Shown here: positions 40,516 through 49,655 of the stretch, piece by piece
How positions within the stretch are numbered: position 1 is the first letter of the stretch
Layout: each line of letters starts with the position of its first letter
Origin: Dehalococcoidia bacterium
Lineage (GTDB): Bacteria; Chloroflexota; Dehalococcoidia; UBA2979
Direction: 5' to 3'
NCBI GenBank assembly: GCA_963667465.2
Contig: CAXXDN010000002.1
Span: 576,001-640,000 of the forward strand
Length of the DNA: 64,000 nucleotides
Program-made: the position numbers and the translations under genes
Notes under the pieces: generated by a model
Databases searched by the model: none
Told to the model about the DNA's origin: nothing
What the model saw: only the letters and a program-made list of their open reading frames with translations

Positions 40516-41762
40516 CGCTCCTCCGGCTCGGCGGTGTCGCGCAGTGCGGCCTGTACCGCGCGGCGCGCGCTCGCCGCATTCCTCAGATTGCCGAGATAGC
40601 GCTCGCGGCGCAAGCGTTCGAGCCACGCACCGAGGGCCGGGCCGCGCTCGACGCCGAGCCGGAGCAGCGCCGCGGCGTCCAGTGGCGCGCGTGTGTGCTC
40701 CCAGCGCCGCAGCTCGCGCTGGAGCCAACGCTGGCCCGCCGGGTCGAGCCAGCGGGCGGCGAGGCGGGCCGCGTTGGTCACGCCCTCGAGGGCCGCGAGG
40801 CTCCCCGGCGCACGGTCGCGCGTGGCAAGCAGCCGCGCCGCGTCCTGGACGGCGCGACGGGCGGCTCGTGGCACCGTGAGGCGCGCCGCGATTGCCTCCC
40901 GCTCCGCCAGCGGAGCGAGCAGCACGGCGAGCAGCAGCGAGGGCGAGTGCGGGCCCGGCCGCCTCGCCAGCGCTCGAGAAGCCTCCGCTGGCAGCGACCA
41001 GGCAGGGTGCACCCCGCGCAGCGCACCCCAGCCGTCGAGCAGCCGCAGCGTCGCGCTGACGCGGCGGCAGGCGGCGCCGCGCTCGAACTCCGCCCAGAGC
41101 CGCCGCCCTGAGATGCGCGCGACCCAGCGCGGCGCTTCCTCGATCCAGCGCAGCGTCTGCGGCTCCGGTCGCAGTCCGAGCGCGGTGGCGTAACGCGCGC
41201 CGCGCCAGAGCCGCGTGGCGTCGTTGCGGAAGCTGTCAGCGTGCAGCGCGCGCAGGCGCCGCGCGGCGAGGTCCTCGAGGCCGCCGTACGGGTCGAGCAA
41301 CTCGCCGCCACGCGGCCCGGCGACAGCGAGCGCGATGGCGTTGACGCTGAAGTCGCGCCGCCCGAGATCCGCCTCGATCGTTGCGCCGGGGCGCACCTCC
41401 GGCAAGGCGCCCGGCCGCGCGTAGCGCTCGCTGCGCAGCGCGGCGATGTCGAGCCGCCGGCCGCGCCACTCGACGCGCGCGGTAGCGAAGCGTGGCTCCG
41501 TCTTCACCGCGGCCTCCTCGCCGAGCCGCGCCGCGACCGAGGCGGCGAGCACGGCGGGGTCGCCGCCGCATGCGAGGTCCACCTCGGCTGGCGCATGGCC
41601 GGCGGCGAGATCGCGAAGCGCACCGCCGACCGCCCACAGCTCGCTGCCTGCTGCGGTGGCGGCCTCGCTGGCGGCGTCGAGCAGCGAACGAGCGTCGGCG
41701 GGGAGCGCGCGGCGCAGGCGCTGGACGGTAGGACGTATAAGCGGATAAGCGATTCTTGACAC
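40512..41762 (-). CDS. cca: CCA-adding enzyme / poly(A) polymerase family nucleotidyltransferase (start uncertain)
   Basis: VGGALRD, E.YARPGALP, DLGRRDFSVNAIA, DPYGGLEDL, SFRNDATRL. Confidence 0.85.
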   Translation of the reverse strand: MSRIAYPLIRPTVQRLRRALPADARSLLDAASEAATAAGSELWAVGGALRDLAAGHAPAEVDLACGGDPAVLAASVAARLGEEAAVKTEPRFATARVEWRGRRLDIAALRSERYARPGALPEVRPGATIEADLGRRDFSVNAIALAVAGPRGGELLDPYGGLEDLAARRLRALHADSFRNDATRLWRGARYATALGLRPEPQTLRWIEEAPRWVARISGRRLWAEFERGAACRRVSATLRLLDGWGALRGVHPAWSLPAEASRALARRPGPHSPSLLLAVLLAPLAEREAIAARLTVPRAARRAVQDAARLLATRDRAPGSLAALEGVTNAARLAARWLDPAGQRWLQRELRRWEHTRAPLDAAALLRLGVERGPALGAWLERLRRERYLGNLRNAASARRAVQAALRDTAEPEER

Positions 41763-41785
41763 TCGCAGGCACCCGCCCCTACGAT
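41756..41785 (+). promoter_or_regulatory. Sigma70-type promoter for rnc-smc-ftsY
   Basis: TTGACA-18-TACGAT. Confidence 0.65.
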
Positions 41786-41888
41786 ACGGGGTGCGAGCGG
41801 GGCGTTCCCGGCCGTCCCGGCTGTGGCGGGGTTATCGGTCCGATCGCGTACGTGATGGCGGTGCACGTACGCCCGGGAGGGTACTCGC

Positions 41889-42614
41889 TTGGTCTCCGCG
41901 CCGCCTTGTCTCTACGACGCACAGACCGCGCTCCGGATCGAATTCGCCGACGGGGCGTTGCTGCGCCTCGCGCTCACCCACCCTTCGTACACCAACGAGC
42001 ACGAGGGCTCCGACGGCTCCTTCGATCGGCTCGAATTCCTCGGCGATTCGGTGCTTGGCATGGTCATCGCCGAGCGGCTCTACGAGCGCTTCCCCGATGT
42101 CGAAGAGGGCCGGCTGACGCTCTGGCGCGCGCATATCGTGCAGGGACCGACGCTCGCCGCGGCGGCGAAGCGCCTCGGCCTTGGCCAATACCTGCTGCTG
42201 GGCCGGGGCGAGGAGGCGACCGGCGGGCGCGATCGCCCCGGCAACCTGGCTGACGCCTACGAGGCGCTGATCGGTGCGCTCAAGCTGGATCGCGGGCCGG
42301 ACGGCGGCCTCGAGGGCGCGCGGCGCTTCATCGAGCGCACGCTCGGCCCGGAGCTGGAGGCGCTACAGACCGACCCCGCGGAGTTGAACACCAAGGGCGC
42401 CCTCCAGCAGCTCTGCGAGGGGCGCTACGGGCGTCCCCAGTACGTGACCGTCGAGGAGCGCGGACCGGAGCACGCCCGCGAGTTCTCCGTCGAGGTGCGC
42501 GTCGACGGCGAGGTGCTGGGCCGCGGCAGCGGACGCACCAAGCAACAGGCTGAGAAGGACGCGGCCCGCGAGGCGCTGCGGGAGCTGCGCACATGCGCAG
42601 CCGGGACGGACTAG
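41889..42614 (+). CDS. rnc: Ribonuclease III
   Basis: ALTHPSY, RLEFLGDSVL, ADAYEALIGA, dsRBD G.G.TKQQAE..AA. Confidence 0.95.
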   Translation: MVSAPPCLYDAQTALRIEFADGALLRLALTHPSYTNEHEGSDGSFDRLEFLGDSVLGMVIAERLYERFPDVEEGRLTLWRAHIVQGPTLAAAAKRLGLGQYLLLGRGEEATGGRDRPGNLADAYEALIGALKLDRGPDGGLEGARRFIERTLGPELEALQTDPAELNTKGALQQLCEGRYGRPQYVTVEERGPEHAREFSVEVRVDGEVLGRGSGRTKQQAEKDAAREALRELRTCAAGTD

Positions 42615-42619
42615 CCGCG

Positions 42620-45600
42620 ATGTACCTGCGACGCGTCGAGGCGTACGGGTTCAAGTCCTTCGCGGATCGCCAGGTCTTCGAGTTCGGCCCCGGCCTGACC
42701 GCCGTCGTCGGCCCCAACGGCTCCGGCAAGTCCAACGTCGCCGACGCGATCCGCTGGGCCCTCGGCGAACAGTCGACGCGCTCGATCCGCGCCCGCAAGA
42801 CCGGTGACGTGATCTTCTCCGGCTCCGACACGCGGCGCGAGCTGGGCGTCGCCGAGGTGACGCTGATCCTCGACAACTCCGAGCAGTGGATGCCGATCGA
42901 CTTCGACGAGGTGAGCGTCAGCCGGCGCGCCTACCGCAGCGGCGAGAACGAGTACCGCATCAACGGCCAGAAGGTGCGCCTGCTGGACGTGCAGGATCTG
43001 TTCCGGCGCGCACAGGTCGGCCAGAACTCCTACGCCATGATGTCGCAGGGCCTCGTAGACGAGGTGCTCGGCCTGCGGCCGCAGGAGCGCCGCAACCTGA
43101 TCGAAGAGGCCGCCGAGGTGCACGGCCACCGCATCGAGCTGACGCGGGCGGAACGGCGGCTCACCCAGACGCGTGACAACCTCGGCCACGTGCGGGTGCT
43201 GATCCGCGAGCTGGCCCCGCGGCTGCGGCAACTGGAGCGACAGTCGCAGCGCGCGAGCCGCTTTCGCGAGCTCGACGCCCAGCTCGGCGCCGCCCTCGAT
43301 GCCTGGTACGAGACTGAGCTGCGCGAGGCAAGCGAGGCGCTCGCGGCGGCGCAGGCGCGCCACGACCAGCGCTCGGAGGCGTTCGCTGCGGCGCGCCGCC
43401 AGGCGGAGGCGTTCGTGCCGGAGATCGCCGCGGCGGAACGCGCCGTCACCGCGGCCCGTGCGGAGCTGGGCGGTGCGCAGCGCCGCGAGCGCGAGCTGGT
43501 TGAACGCTCGCTGGCGCTCGGGCAGCAGCGCGCGCTCGCCGAACAGCGCCAGGAATTGCTGCTCGTGCGCCGCACTGAGATCGACGCCGCCATCGAGGAG
43601 CTGGAGGCGGCGCCCGCCGCCGGTGCGGCGGACGACGCCACGCTGATCGAGCTCGACGCGCGGGTCGCCGAGGCGCGCGTCGGCCTCGAGGGCGCACAGG
43701 AGGCGATGCGCGCGGCCGATGTGGCGGTGCGCGACGTGCTGCGCGAGCTCGCCGAAGCCGAGGCCCGCCGCTCGCGCATCGAGACCTCCATCCGCGAGGC
43801 CGAGGCGCGACGCACGCGGGTCGAGGCAGAGCAGCGCCGTCGCGATGGTGAGCGCCGCGAGGCGGCGCAGCGCCGCGACGAGCTGAACGACGAGTTGCGC
43901 GACTACGGAAAGCGCGCGCTGGCCGCGCGCCGCGAGCATGAGCGCCTCACCCAGCAAGCCGCCGAGGCGTTGCGCCGCCGCGAGATCGCCGAGCGGCGGA
44001 TCGAGGAGACGCGCACGCGCGCCGAGGAGGGCCGCGAGGCGCTGCGCACGGCGATCACCCAGCGCGAGCAACTGGAGGCCCGGCGCGAGCTGACCGCCAT
44101 GCTGGCGGCGCAACTCGCGCAGCAGGGCTCCGCCTCCCAGGAGCTGTTGCGCGCCGCGGAGGAGCCGGGCCCGGACGAGCAACCGCTCAGCGGCATCGTC
44201 GGGCTGCTCGGCCGCCTGATCCGCGTGCCACGGGGTCTGGAGCACGCCATCGAGGCAGCCCTCGCCGAGCAAATCGGCGCCGTGGTGGTCGAGCGCCAGG
44301 ACGAGGCGCTCGCGGCGATCGCGCACCTGCGCGAGCAGGGCGCCGGCTCCGTGACCGTGTTACCGCTCGACGCCATCGACCGGCAGTACCCCCTCAACAT
44401 GCTGAGCGAGCGCGGTGTCGTCGGCGTCGCTGCGAAGCTGGTCAAGACCCAGCGCAAATACCGCCCGCTGGTCGACCTGCTGCTGGGCCGCACGATCGTC
44501 GTCGAGGACGTGCAGACGGCGCTCAAGACGGTCGAGCGCGGCCTCGGCTCCGTCGTCACCCGCGACGGCGTGCTGGTGCGAGCGGACGGCTCGATCTACG
44601 GCGGATCGCGCGGGTCGGCGGCGGAGCAGTTCGTGCTGCAGGACGAGGAGCAGGAACTGCCCGAGGCGATCGAGGCCGCGCGTGAGGCCGAGGCAGCCGC
44701 CGCCGCGCAGGTCGAGCACCACGACGACATCGTCGCCGACGCCCGTGACGCCCTCGCCGCGGCGCGCAGCGCCGCGACGGCGGCGGAGGCCGCGCTGCGC
44801 GCGCAGGAGCAGGACAGCACGCGGCTGCGGCGGCGCCTGGTGGCGATCGGCAGCGAGCTGCGGATGGTCCACGCCGTGCTTGCCGAAGACGATCCCGACG
44901 CCGAGCCGGACGACGCCGTAACGGTGATCGAGCGCGAACGCGCCGCCCTCGAGGCGCTCGACGCACGGCTCGAGGGCCTGCGCGATCGCTCCGAGGCCGT
45001 CGGGGCAGAGCGCGACGCGGCCGGCGATCGGGTCGCCCAAGGCGCTGCCGCGCTGGCCGCCGCCGAGGGCGAGCGGTCCGCCACCCGCGACCGCCAGGCC
45101 GCGCTGGAAGAGGCGCAGCGCAGCCGCGGCGAGCGGCTGGCCGAACGCCGCGATCAGGCGCTCGTCGTGCGCCAGGATCTCGAAGACCTCGAGCTCACGT
45201 TGCGCGATCTCGGCGAGCAGGTCGCCAACGTCGAGATCGCGCGCCGCGCCGCCGAGGAAGCCGTCGCGCCGGCGCACGCCGCGCTCGCCGACGCGGAACG
45301 CGCCGAGCGCGAGCTGACGGCGACGCGCGGCGACAGCCAGGCGCGCCTTTTCGCCGCCGAGCGCGAGCTGCTGGAGGCGCAGTCCGGGTTGCGGGAGCTG
45401 GCGAATCGCGTCCAGAGCCTCGAGCAGCAGATCGCCGACGACGGCCTCGTGCTGCGCGACGACGGCAGCGTGCGCCGCGCCAGCGCCGAGCAGCCCCCGC
45501 CCGGCCTCGAGGGCAGCGACGCAGCCGAGCCAGCGCTGGTTGCCAGCAACGGCGCGGGCGATGGCGCCGCCAATGGCGCGCCGCCGGCGCTGACGGCGCC

Positions 45601-46297
45601 GGTTCCCGCGAGTGGCGGGGCCGAGGTCAACACCGCCGAGCTGCGCGAGCGGATTTCCGAACTGCGGGCCGAGCTCCGTGCACTCGGCCCGGTCAACCTC
45701 GAAGCCCTCGACGACCTCAGCGAGGAGCGTGAGCGGCACGACTTCCTCACGGGCCAGGTCGAGGATCTCGAGGATGCCGAGGCGCAGCTGCGGACGGCGA
45801 TCGGTGAGCTGAAGCGGGAGATTCGCGAGCGCTTCGGCGAGACGTTCGAACACGTCAACCAGAGTTTCGCCGACTACTTCCAGCGCTTCTTCGGCGGCGG
45901 ACGGGCGGAACTGACCATCGTCGAGCCGGAGCAGGAGGGCGGCGAGGCCGGCGTGGACGTCCGCGCGCAGCCGCCGGGCAAGCGCATCTCCTCGCTGGCG
46001 ATGCTCTCGGGCGGCGAGCGGGCACTGACCTCGGTGTCGCTGCTGTTCGCGCTGCTCGATGTGAACCCGGCGCCCGTCTGCGTCCTCGACGAGGTCGACG
46101 CCGCGCTCGACGAGGCGAACGTGGGCCGCTTCGTCGAGACGCTGCGCGGGCTCTGCGAGCACTCGCAGTTCATCGTGATCACGCACAACCGCGGGACCGT
46201 TGAGGCCGCCGACACGATCTACGGCATCTCGATGGGCGACGACTCTGTCTCGCGCGTGCTCTCGCTGCGCCTGGCCGACCTGCCGCAAGCCTCGTAG
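42620..46297 (+). CDS. smc: Chromosome segregation protein SMC
   Basis: GFKSF, GPNGSGKSN, hinge domain, coiled coils, LSGGE, LDEVDAALD. Confidence 0.96.
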   Translation: MYLRRVEAYGFKSFADRQVFEFGPGLTAVVGPNGSGKSNVADAIRWALGEQSTRSIRARKTGDVIFSGSDTRRELGVAEVTLILDNSEQWMPIDFDEVSVSRRAYRSGENEYRINGQKVRLLDVQDLFRRAQVGQNSYAMMSQGLVDEVLGLRPQERRNLIEEAAEVHGHRIELTRAERRLTQTRDNLGHVRVLIRELAPRLRQLERQSQRASRFRELDAQLGAALDAWYETELREASEALAAAQARHDQRSEAFAAARRQAEAFVPEIAAAERAVTAARAELGGAQRRERELVERSLALGQQRALAEQRQELLLVRRTEIDAAIEELEAAPAAGAADDATLIELDARVAEARVGLEGAQEAMRAADVAVRDVLRELAEAEARRSRIETSIREAEARRTRVEAEQRRRDGERREAAQRRDELNDELRDYGKRALAARREHERLTQQAAEALRRREIAERRIEETRTRAEEGREALRTAITQREQLEARRELTAMLAAQLAQQGSASQELLRAAEEPGPDEQPLSGIVGLLGRLIRVPRGLEHAIEAALAEQIGAVVVERQDEALAAIAHLREQGAGSVTVLPLDAIDRQYPLNMLSERGVVGVAAKLVKTQRKYRPLVDLLLGRTIVVEDVQTALKTVERGLGSVVTRDGVLVRADGSIYGGSRGSAAEQFVLQDEEQELPEAIEAAREAEAAAAAQVEHHDDIVADARDALAAARSAATAAEAALRAQEQDSTRLRRRLVAIGSELRMVHAVLAEDDPDAEPDDAVTVIERERAALEALDARLEGLRDRSEAVGAERDAAGDRVAQGAAALAAAEGERSATRDRQAALEEAQRSRGERLAERRDQALVVRQDLEDLELTLRDLGEQVANVEIARRAAEEAVAPAHAALADAERAERELTATRGDSQARLFAAERELLEAQSGLRELANRVQSLEQQIADDGLVLRDDGSVRRASAEQPPPGLEGSDAAEPALVASNGAGDGAANGAPPALTAPVPASGGAEVNTAELRERISELRAELRALGPVNLEALDDLSEERERHDFLTGQVEDLEDAEAQLRTAIGELKREIRERFGETFEHVNQSFADYFQRFFGGGRAELTIVEPEQEGGEAGVDVRAQPPGKRISSLAMLSGGERALTSVSLLFALLDVNPAPVCVLDEVDAALDEANVGRFVETLRGLCEHSQFIVITHNRGTVEAADTIYGISMGDDSVSRVLSLRLADLPQAS

Positions 46298-46388
46298 CGC
46301 GGCCTGCCGGGGCGGCCCGTTCGCCAGTCGCCGCGCCTCTCGTTACGATCGGCGCGCGCCCGCATCGAGGGCCGGTCAGGATGATGCC

Positions 46389-47342
46389 ATGAGGCTGCTG
46401 CGTGGCAACCCGGAGTCCGAGGCGGCAACCGGGCAGGCGCTATCGCGAACGCGCCGCAGCTGGTTGGGCCGCGTCGGCGATCTGCTGCGCGGGAACGGGA
46501 TCACCCCGGAGCTCTGGGACTCGCTCGAAGAGGTGATGATCGGCTCGGACGCCGGGGTCGAGACCACCTTCGAGGTGCTCGACCGCGTGCGCGCCGCCAA
46601 TCCGCGGCAGCCAGACGAGCTGCGGGCCGCGCTGCGCGACGAGCTGATCGCGATCCTCGCTGCACCCGCGGGCGCCGGCCGGCTCTGGGGCGCGGATGGC
46701 GAGGCGCCGCCCCGGCCCGCGGTCGTGCTGATTGCCGGCGTCAACGGCACCGGCAAGACGACGGCGGCGGCGCGGCTCGCCCACGCCTACCAGGCCGAGG
46801 GCAACCGGGTGCTGGCCGCCGCGAGCGACACCTTCCGCGCCGCCGCGATCGAGCAGCTGCGCAGCTGGGGCGAGCGAATCGGCTTCGACGTTGTCGCGCA
46901 CCAGGCGGGCTCCGACCCCGCCGCGGTCGCCTTCGACGCGATCGAGGCGGCACAGGCGCGCGGTCACGACCTGGTGCTGGTGGACACGGCCGGGAGGCTA
47001 CATAACAAGCAGAACCTGATGAACGAGCTGGCCAAGATCCGGCGCGTGATCGAGCGGCAGCTCGGACGCGGCCCGGACGAGGTCGCGCTCGTGCTCGACG
47101 CCACCACCGGGCAGAACGGCCTCGCACAGGCGCGCGCCTTCACCGAGGCGATTGAGGTGTCCGCGGTGATCCTCACGAAGCTCGATGGCAGCGCCCGCGG
47201 CGGCATCGTCTTCGCGGTCGCCTCGGAGCTGGGGCTGCCCGTGCGCTTCATCGGAGTCGGGGACGGCCCGGGGGATCTTGCACCGTTCGACGCCGAGGCG
47301 TTCGTGGACGGCTTGCTGGCCCCCGGCTCGACCGAGGCCTGA
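46389..47342 (+). CDS. ftsY: SRP receptor FtsY
   Basis: [35 protein letters not shown]. Confidence 0.96.
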   Translation: MRLLRGNPESEAATGQALSRTRRSWLGRVGDLLRGNGITPELWDSLEEVMIGSDAGVETTFEVLDRVRAANPRQPDELRAALRDELIAILAAPAGAGRLWGADGEAPPRPAVVLIAGVNGTGKTTAAARLAHAYQAEGNRVLAAASDTFRAAAIEQLRSWGERIGFDVVAHQAGSDPAAVAFDAIEAAQARGHDLVLVDTAGRLHNKQNLMNELAKIRRVIERQLGRGPDEVALVLDATTGQNGLAQARAFTEAIEVSAVILTKLDGSARGGIVFAVASELGLPVRFIGVGDGPGDLAPFDAEAFVDGLLAPGSTEA

Positions 47343-47354
47343 CGGACCGGCGCC

Positions 47355-49655
47355 GTGGAACAGGCGCTGACGTGGTACCTCGCGCTGGTGCTGATCGGCG
47401 GCGGCGGGTTGCTCCCGGCGACGCTGCTGTTCGGACGCCTGCGCTCGCGCGGGGTGTTGTACGCCCGCCCGCTCGCGCTGCTGCTGGTCGCGCAACTCGT
47501 CTGGCTCGCCTCGGCGCTTGTCTCGATTCCCTACGGAACGGGCCTCGTGATTACGGCGGTCGCGGTGCTCTACGCCTGGTCGGCCTGGCTCGGCTGGCGC
47601 GACCCGGAGCGGCTGCGGACGCTCTGGCGCGCACGCCGCATGCTGCTCGCCGGCGAGGCACTGTTCCTCGTGCTCTTCGTCGTCGTGCTGTTCGTACGCG
47701 CCCAGGCGCCTGCCGCGATCAACACCGAGAAGCCGATGGACCTGATGCTGCTCAACGCCGTGCACCACGCGGAGCAGCTGCCGCCCCCTGACTCCTGGCT
47801 CGCCGGCTACGACGTCTCCTACTACCACCTCGGCCACGTGATGTTCGATGTCAGCGGGCGGCTGGCGGGGGTCGCGCCACGCTTCGGCTTCAACCTCGGA
47901 CTCGCGGCGGCGGCGGCGCTTGCGGCCGTCGCGATCGCCGGCCTCGCGAGCGACGCGGTCGCGCTCGGCCCGCCACGGCGGCGCGCCACGCCGTGGATCG
48001 CGGCCGGCCTCGCCGTCGTGGCGCTGATCTGGATCGCGCCGCTCGAGGGGCTGGCCGACCTCGCTGCGGCGAACGGGCTGGGCGGCGAGGGCGTCTGGAG
48101 CCAGCTCGGCGTGAGGGGGCTGCCCGGCCCCGTGGAGGCGACGCACGGCGTGCCCGACCAATTCTGGTGGTGGTGGCGGGCGACGCGCGTGATCCCCGGC
48201 ACGATCACCGAGTTCCCCGCCTTCTCCTACATCCTCGGCGACCCGCACGCGCACGTGCTCGCGCTGCCGCTTGGCATCGTCGCGCTCGCGGTCGCCCTCG
48301 ACACCTTCGAGGGCGGCCTCGCGCTCTCCTGGCGGCACTGGACGGCGCGCCCTGAGGCGCTGCTGCTGGCCGGTGCGCTTTTCGCGGGGCTGGCGATGAC
48401 CAACGCCTGGGACGTGCTCGCCTACGGGCTGATCTGGCTGGCGGCGGCGACCGCCGCCTTCCGCGCCGTCGGCTGGCCACTACACGGCGCACTCTTCGGC
48501 GCCGTGCGCTACCTGCTCGCGCCGACGCTCGCCGGCCTCGTGATCGCCTGGCCGCTGCTCCAAACGCTCGACACGTCGTCGATCGGCGGCACCGTGGTCA
48601 GCGACGCGGCGAGCGACCCGCTGCGGCTGCTGCTGTTCTGGGGCACGCCGCTGCTGCCGGTCGTGCTCGCCGCGCTGCTCACCCGCCCGCCCGCCTCGAG
48701 GCGGGCACTCGCCTGGAGCCTTGCGCTGGCCACGGCGCCAGTGGCGCTGTGGGTCCTGTGGGCGGCGGGGGAGGGTGACGCGTTCGGCCAGCGCGGCGTC
48801 GGCTGGCTGACGCTCGCCGGCCTCGTGCTGGCGACCGGCGGCGCAGGCGCGGCCTCGGCGAGCCGCTACGCGGAGGGGCGGCGCGACCACGCCGCCTGGC
48901 TCGCGCTGGCCGCGCTGGCGGGCGCGATCGTGCTCGCGACGGAGCTGTTCCACGTCACCGACGCGCTGCGGCACGCGCGCATGAACACCGTCTTCAAGTT
49001 CTGGTACGTCGCCTGGCCGCTGCTCGCGGCTTCCGGGGCGATCGGCCTCGCGCTCGCCTACGACGCCGCGCCGCGCCGCCCCTTCGCCGCGCTGCGCGGC
49101 GGGCTCGCCTCGCCTCGCAGCGCCCTCGCGGCCTTCGCCGTCCTCGCCGCGCTGCTCTGGCTCGGCTCGCTGCTCTACGCACCGGCGGCGACGGTCAGCC
49201 GCGCGCGCGAGGGCCAGGCGAGGGGCATCGACGCCCTCGCGCACGTCGAGCGGCGCGATCCGGGGCTGGCCGCGGCGCTCGACTGGGTGCGCAGCGAGCT
49301 GGACCCTGCTCACGACGTGCTGCTCGAGGCCGCGAGCCGGAGCTACGGGCCGGGTAACATGATCTCTGCGGCCAGCGCCACGCCCACACTGGTGGGCTGG
49401 CCCGGCCACCAACTGCAGTGGCATAGCAACGCACCGCTGACGGAGCGCCTCGACGTGGTCGACATCATCTACCGCAACGGAGCCGGCCCCCAGTCGTTGC
49501 TGCTGGCGCGCACGCACGGGCTGACCCATGTCTACCTCGGACGCGAGGAGCGCCGCCAGTTCGGGGCGGACGTCGCCGCGCGCTTCGAGGCGTGGCCGAC
49601 CGTGTTCGAGGCGCCCGGCGCGCGGATCGTCGCTCTACCCACGGGGCCGCGATGA
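47355..49655 (+). CDS. DUF2298 / Chlor_Arch_YYY family polytopic membrane protein (GT-C-like)
   Basis: EKPMD, PP.D.WLAG..SYYHLGH, WWW.ATRVIP, ITEFPAFS...GD.HAH, MNTVFKF, GWPGH..QW. Confidence 0.87.
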   Translation: MEQALTWYLALVLIGGGGLLPATLLFGRLRSRGVLYARPLALLLVAQLVWLASALVSIPYGTGLVITAVAVLYAWSAWLGWRDPERLRTLWRARRMLLAGEALFLVLFVVVLFVRAQAPAAINTEKPMDLMLLNAVHHAEQLPPPDSWLAGYDVSYYHLGHVMFDVSGRLAGVAPRFGFNLGLAAAAALAAVAIAGLASDAVALGPPRRRATPWIAAGLAVVALIWIAPLEGLADLAAANGLGGEGVWSQLGVRGLPGPVEATHGVPDQFWWWWRATRVIPGTITEFPAFSYILGDPHAHVLALPLGIVALAVALDTFEGGLALSWRHWTARPEALLLAGALFAGLAMTNAWDVLAYGLIWLAAATAAFRAVGWPLHGALFGAVRYLLAPTLAGLVIAWPLLQTLDTSSIGGTVVSDAASDPLRLLLFWGTPLLPVVLAALLTRPPASRRALAWSLALATAPVALWVLWAAGEGDAFGQRGVGWLTLAGLVLATGGAGAASASRYAEGRRDHAAWLALAALAGAIVLATELFHVTDALRHARMNTVFKFWYVAWPLLAASGAIGLALAYDAAPRRPFAALRGGLASPRSALAAFAVLAALLWLGSLLYAPAATVSRAREGQARGIDALAHVERRDPGLAAALDWVRSELDPAHDVLLEAASRSYGPGNMISAASATPTLVGWPGHQLQWHSNAPLTERLDVVDIIYRNGAGPQSLLLARTHGLTHVYLGREERRQFGADVAARFEAWPTVFEAPGARIVALPTGPR

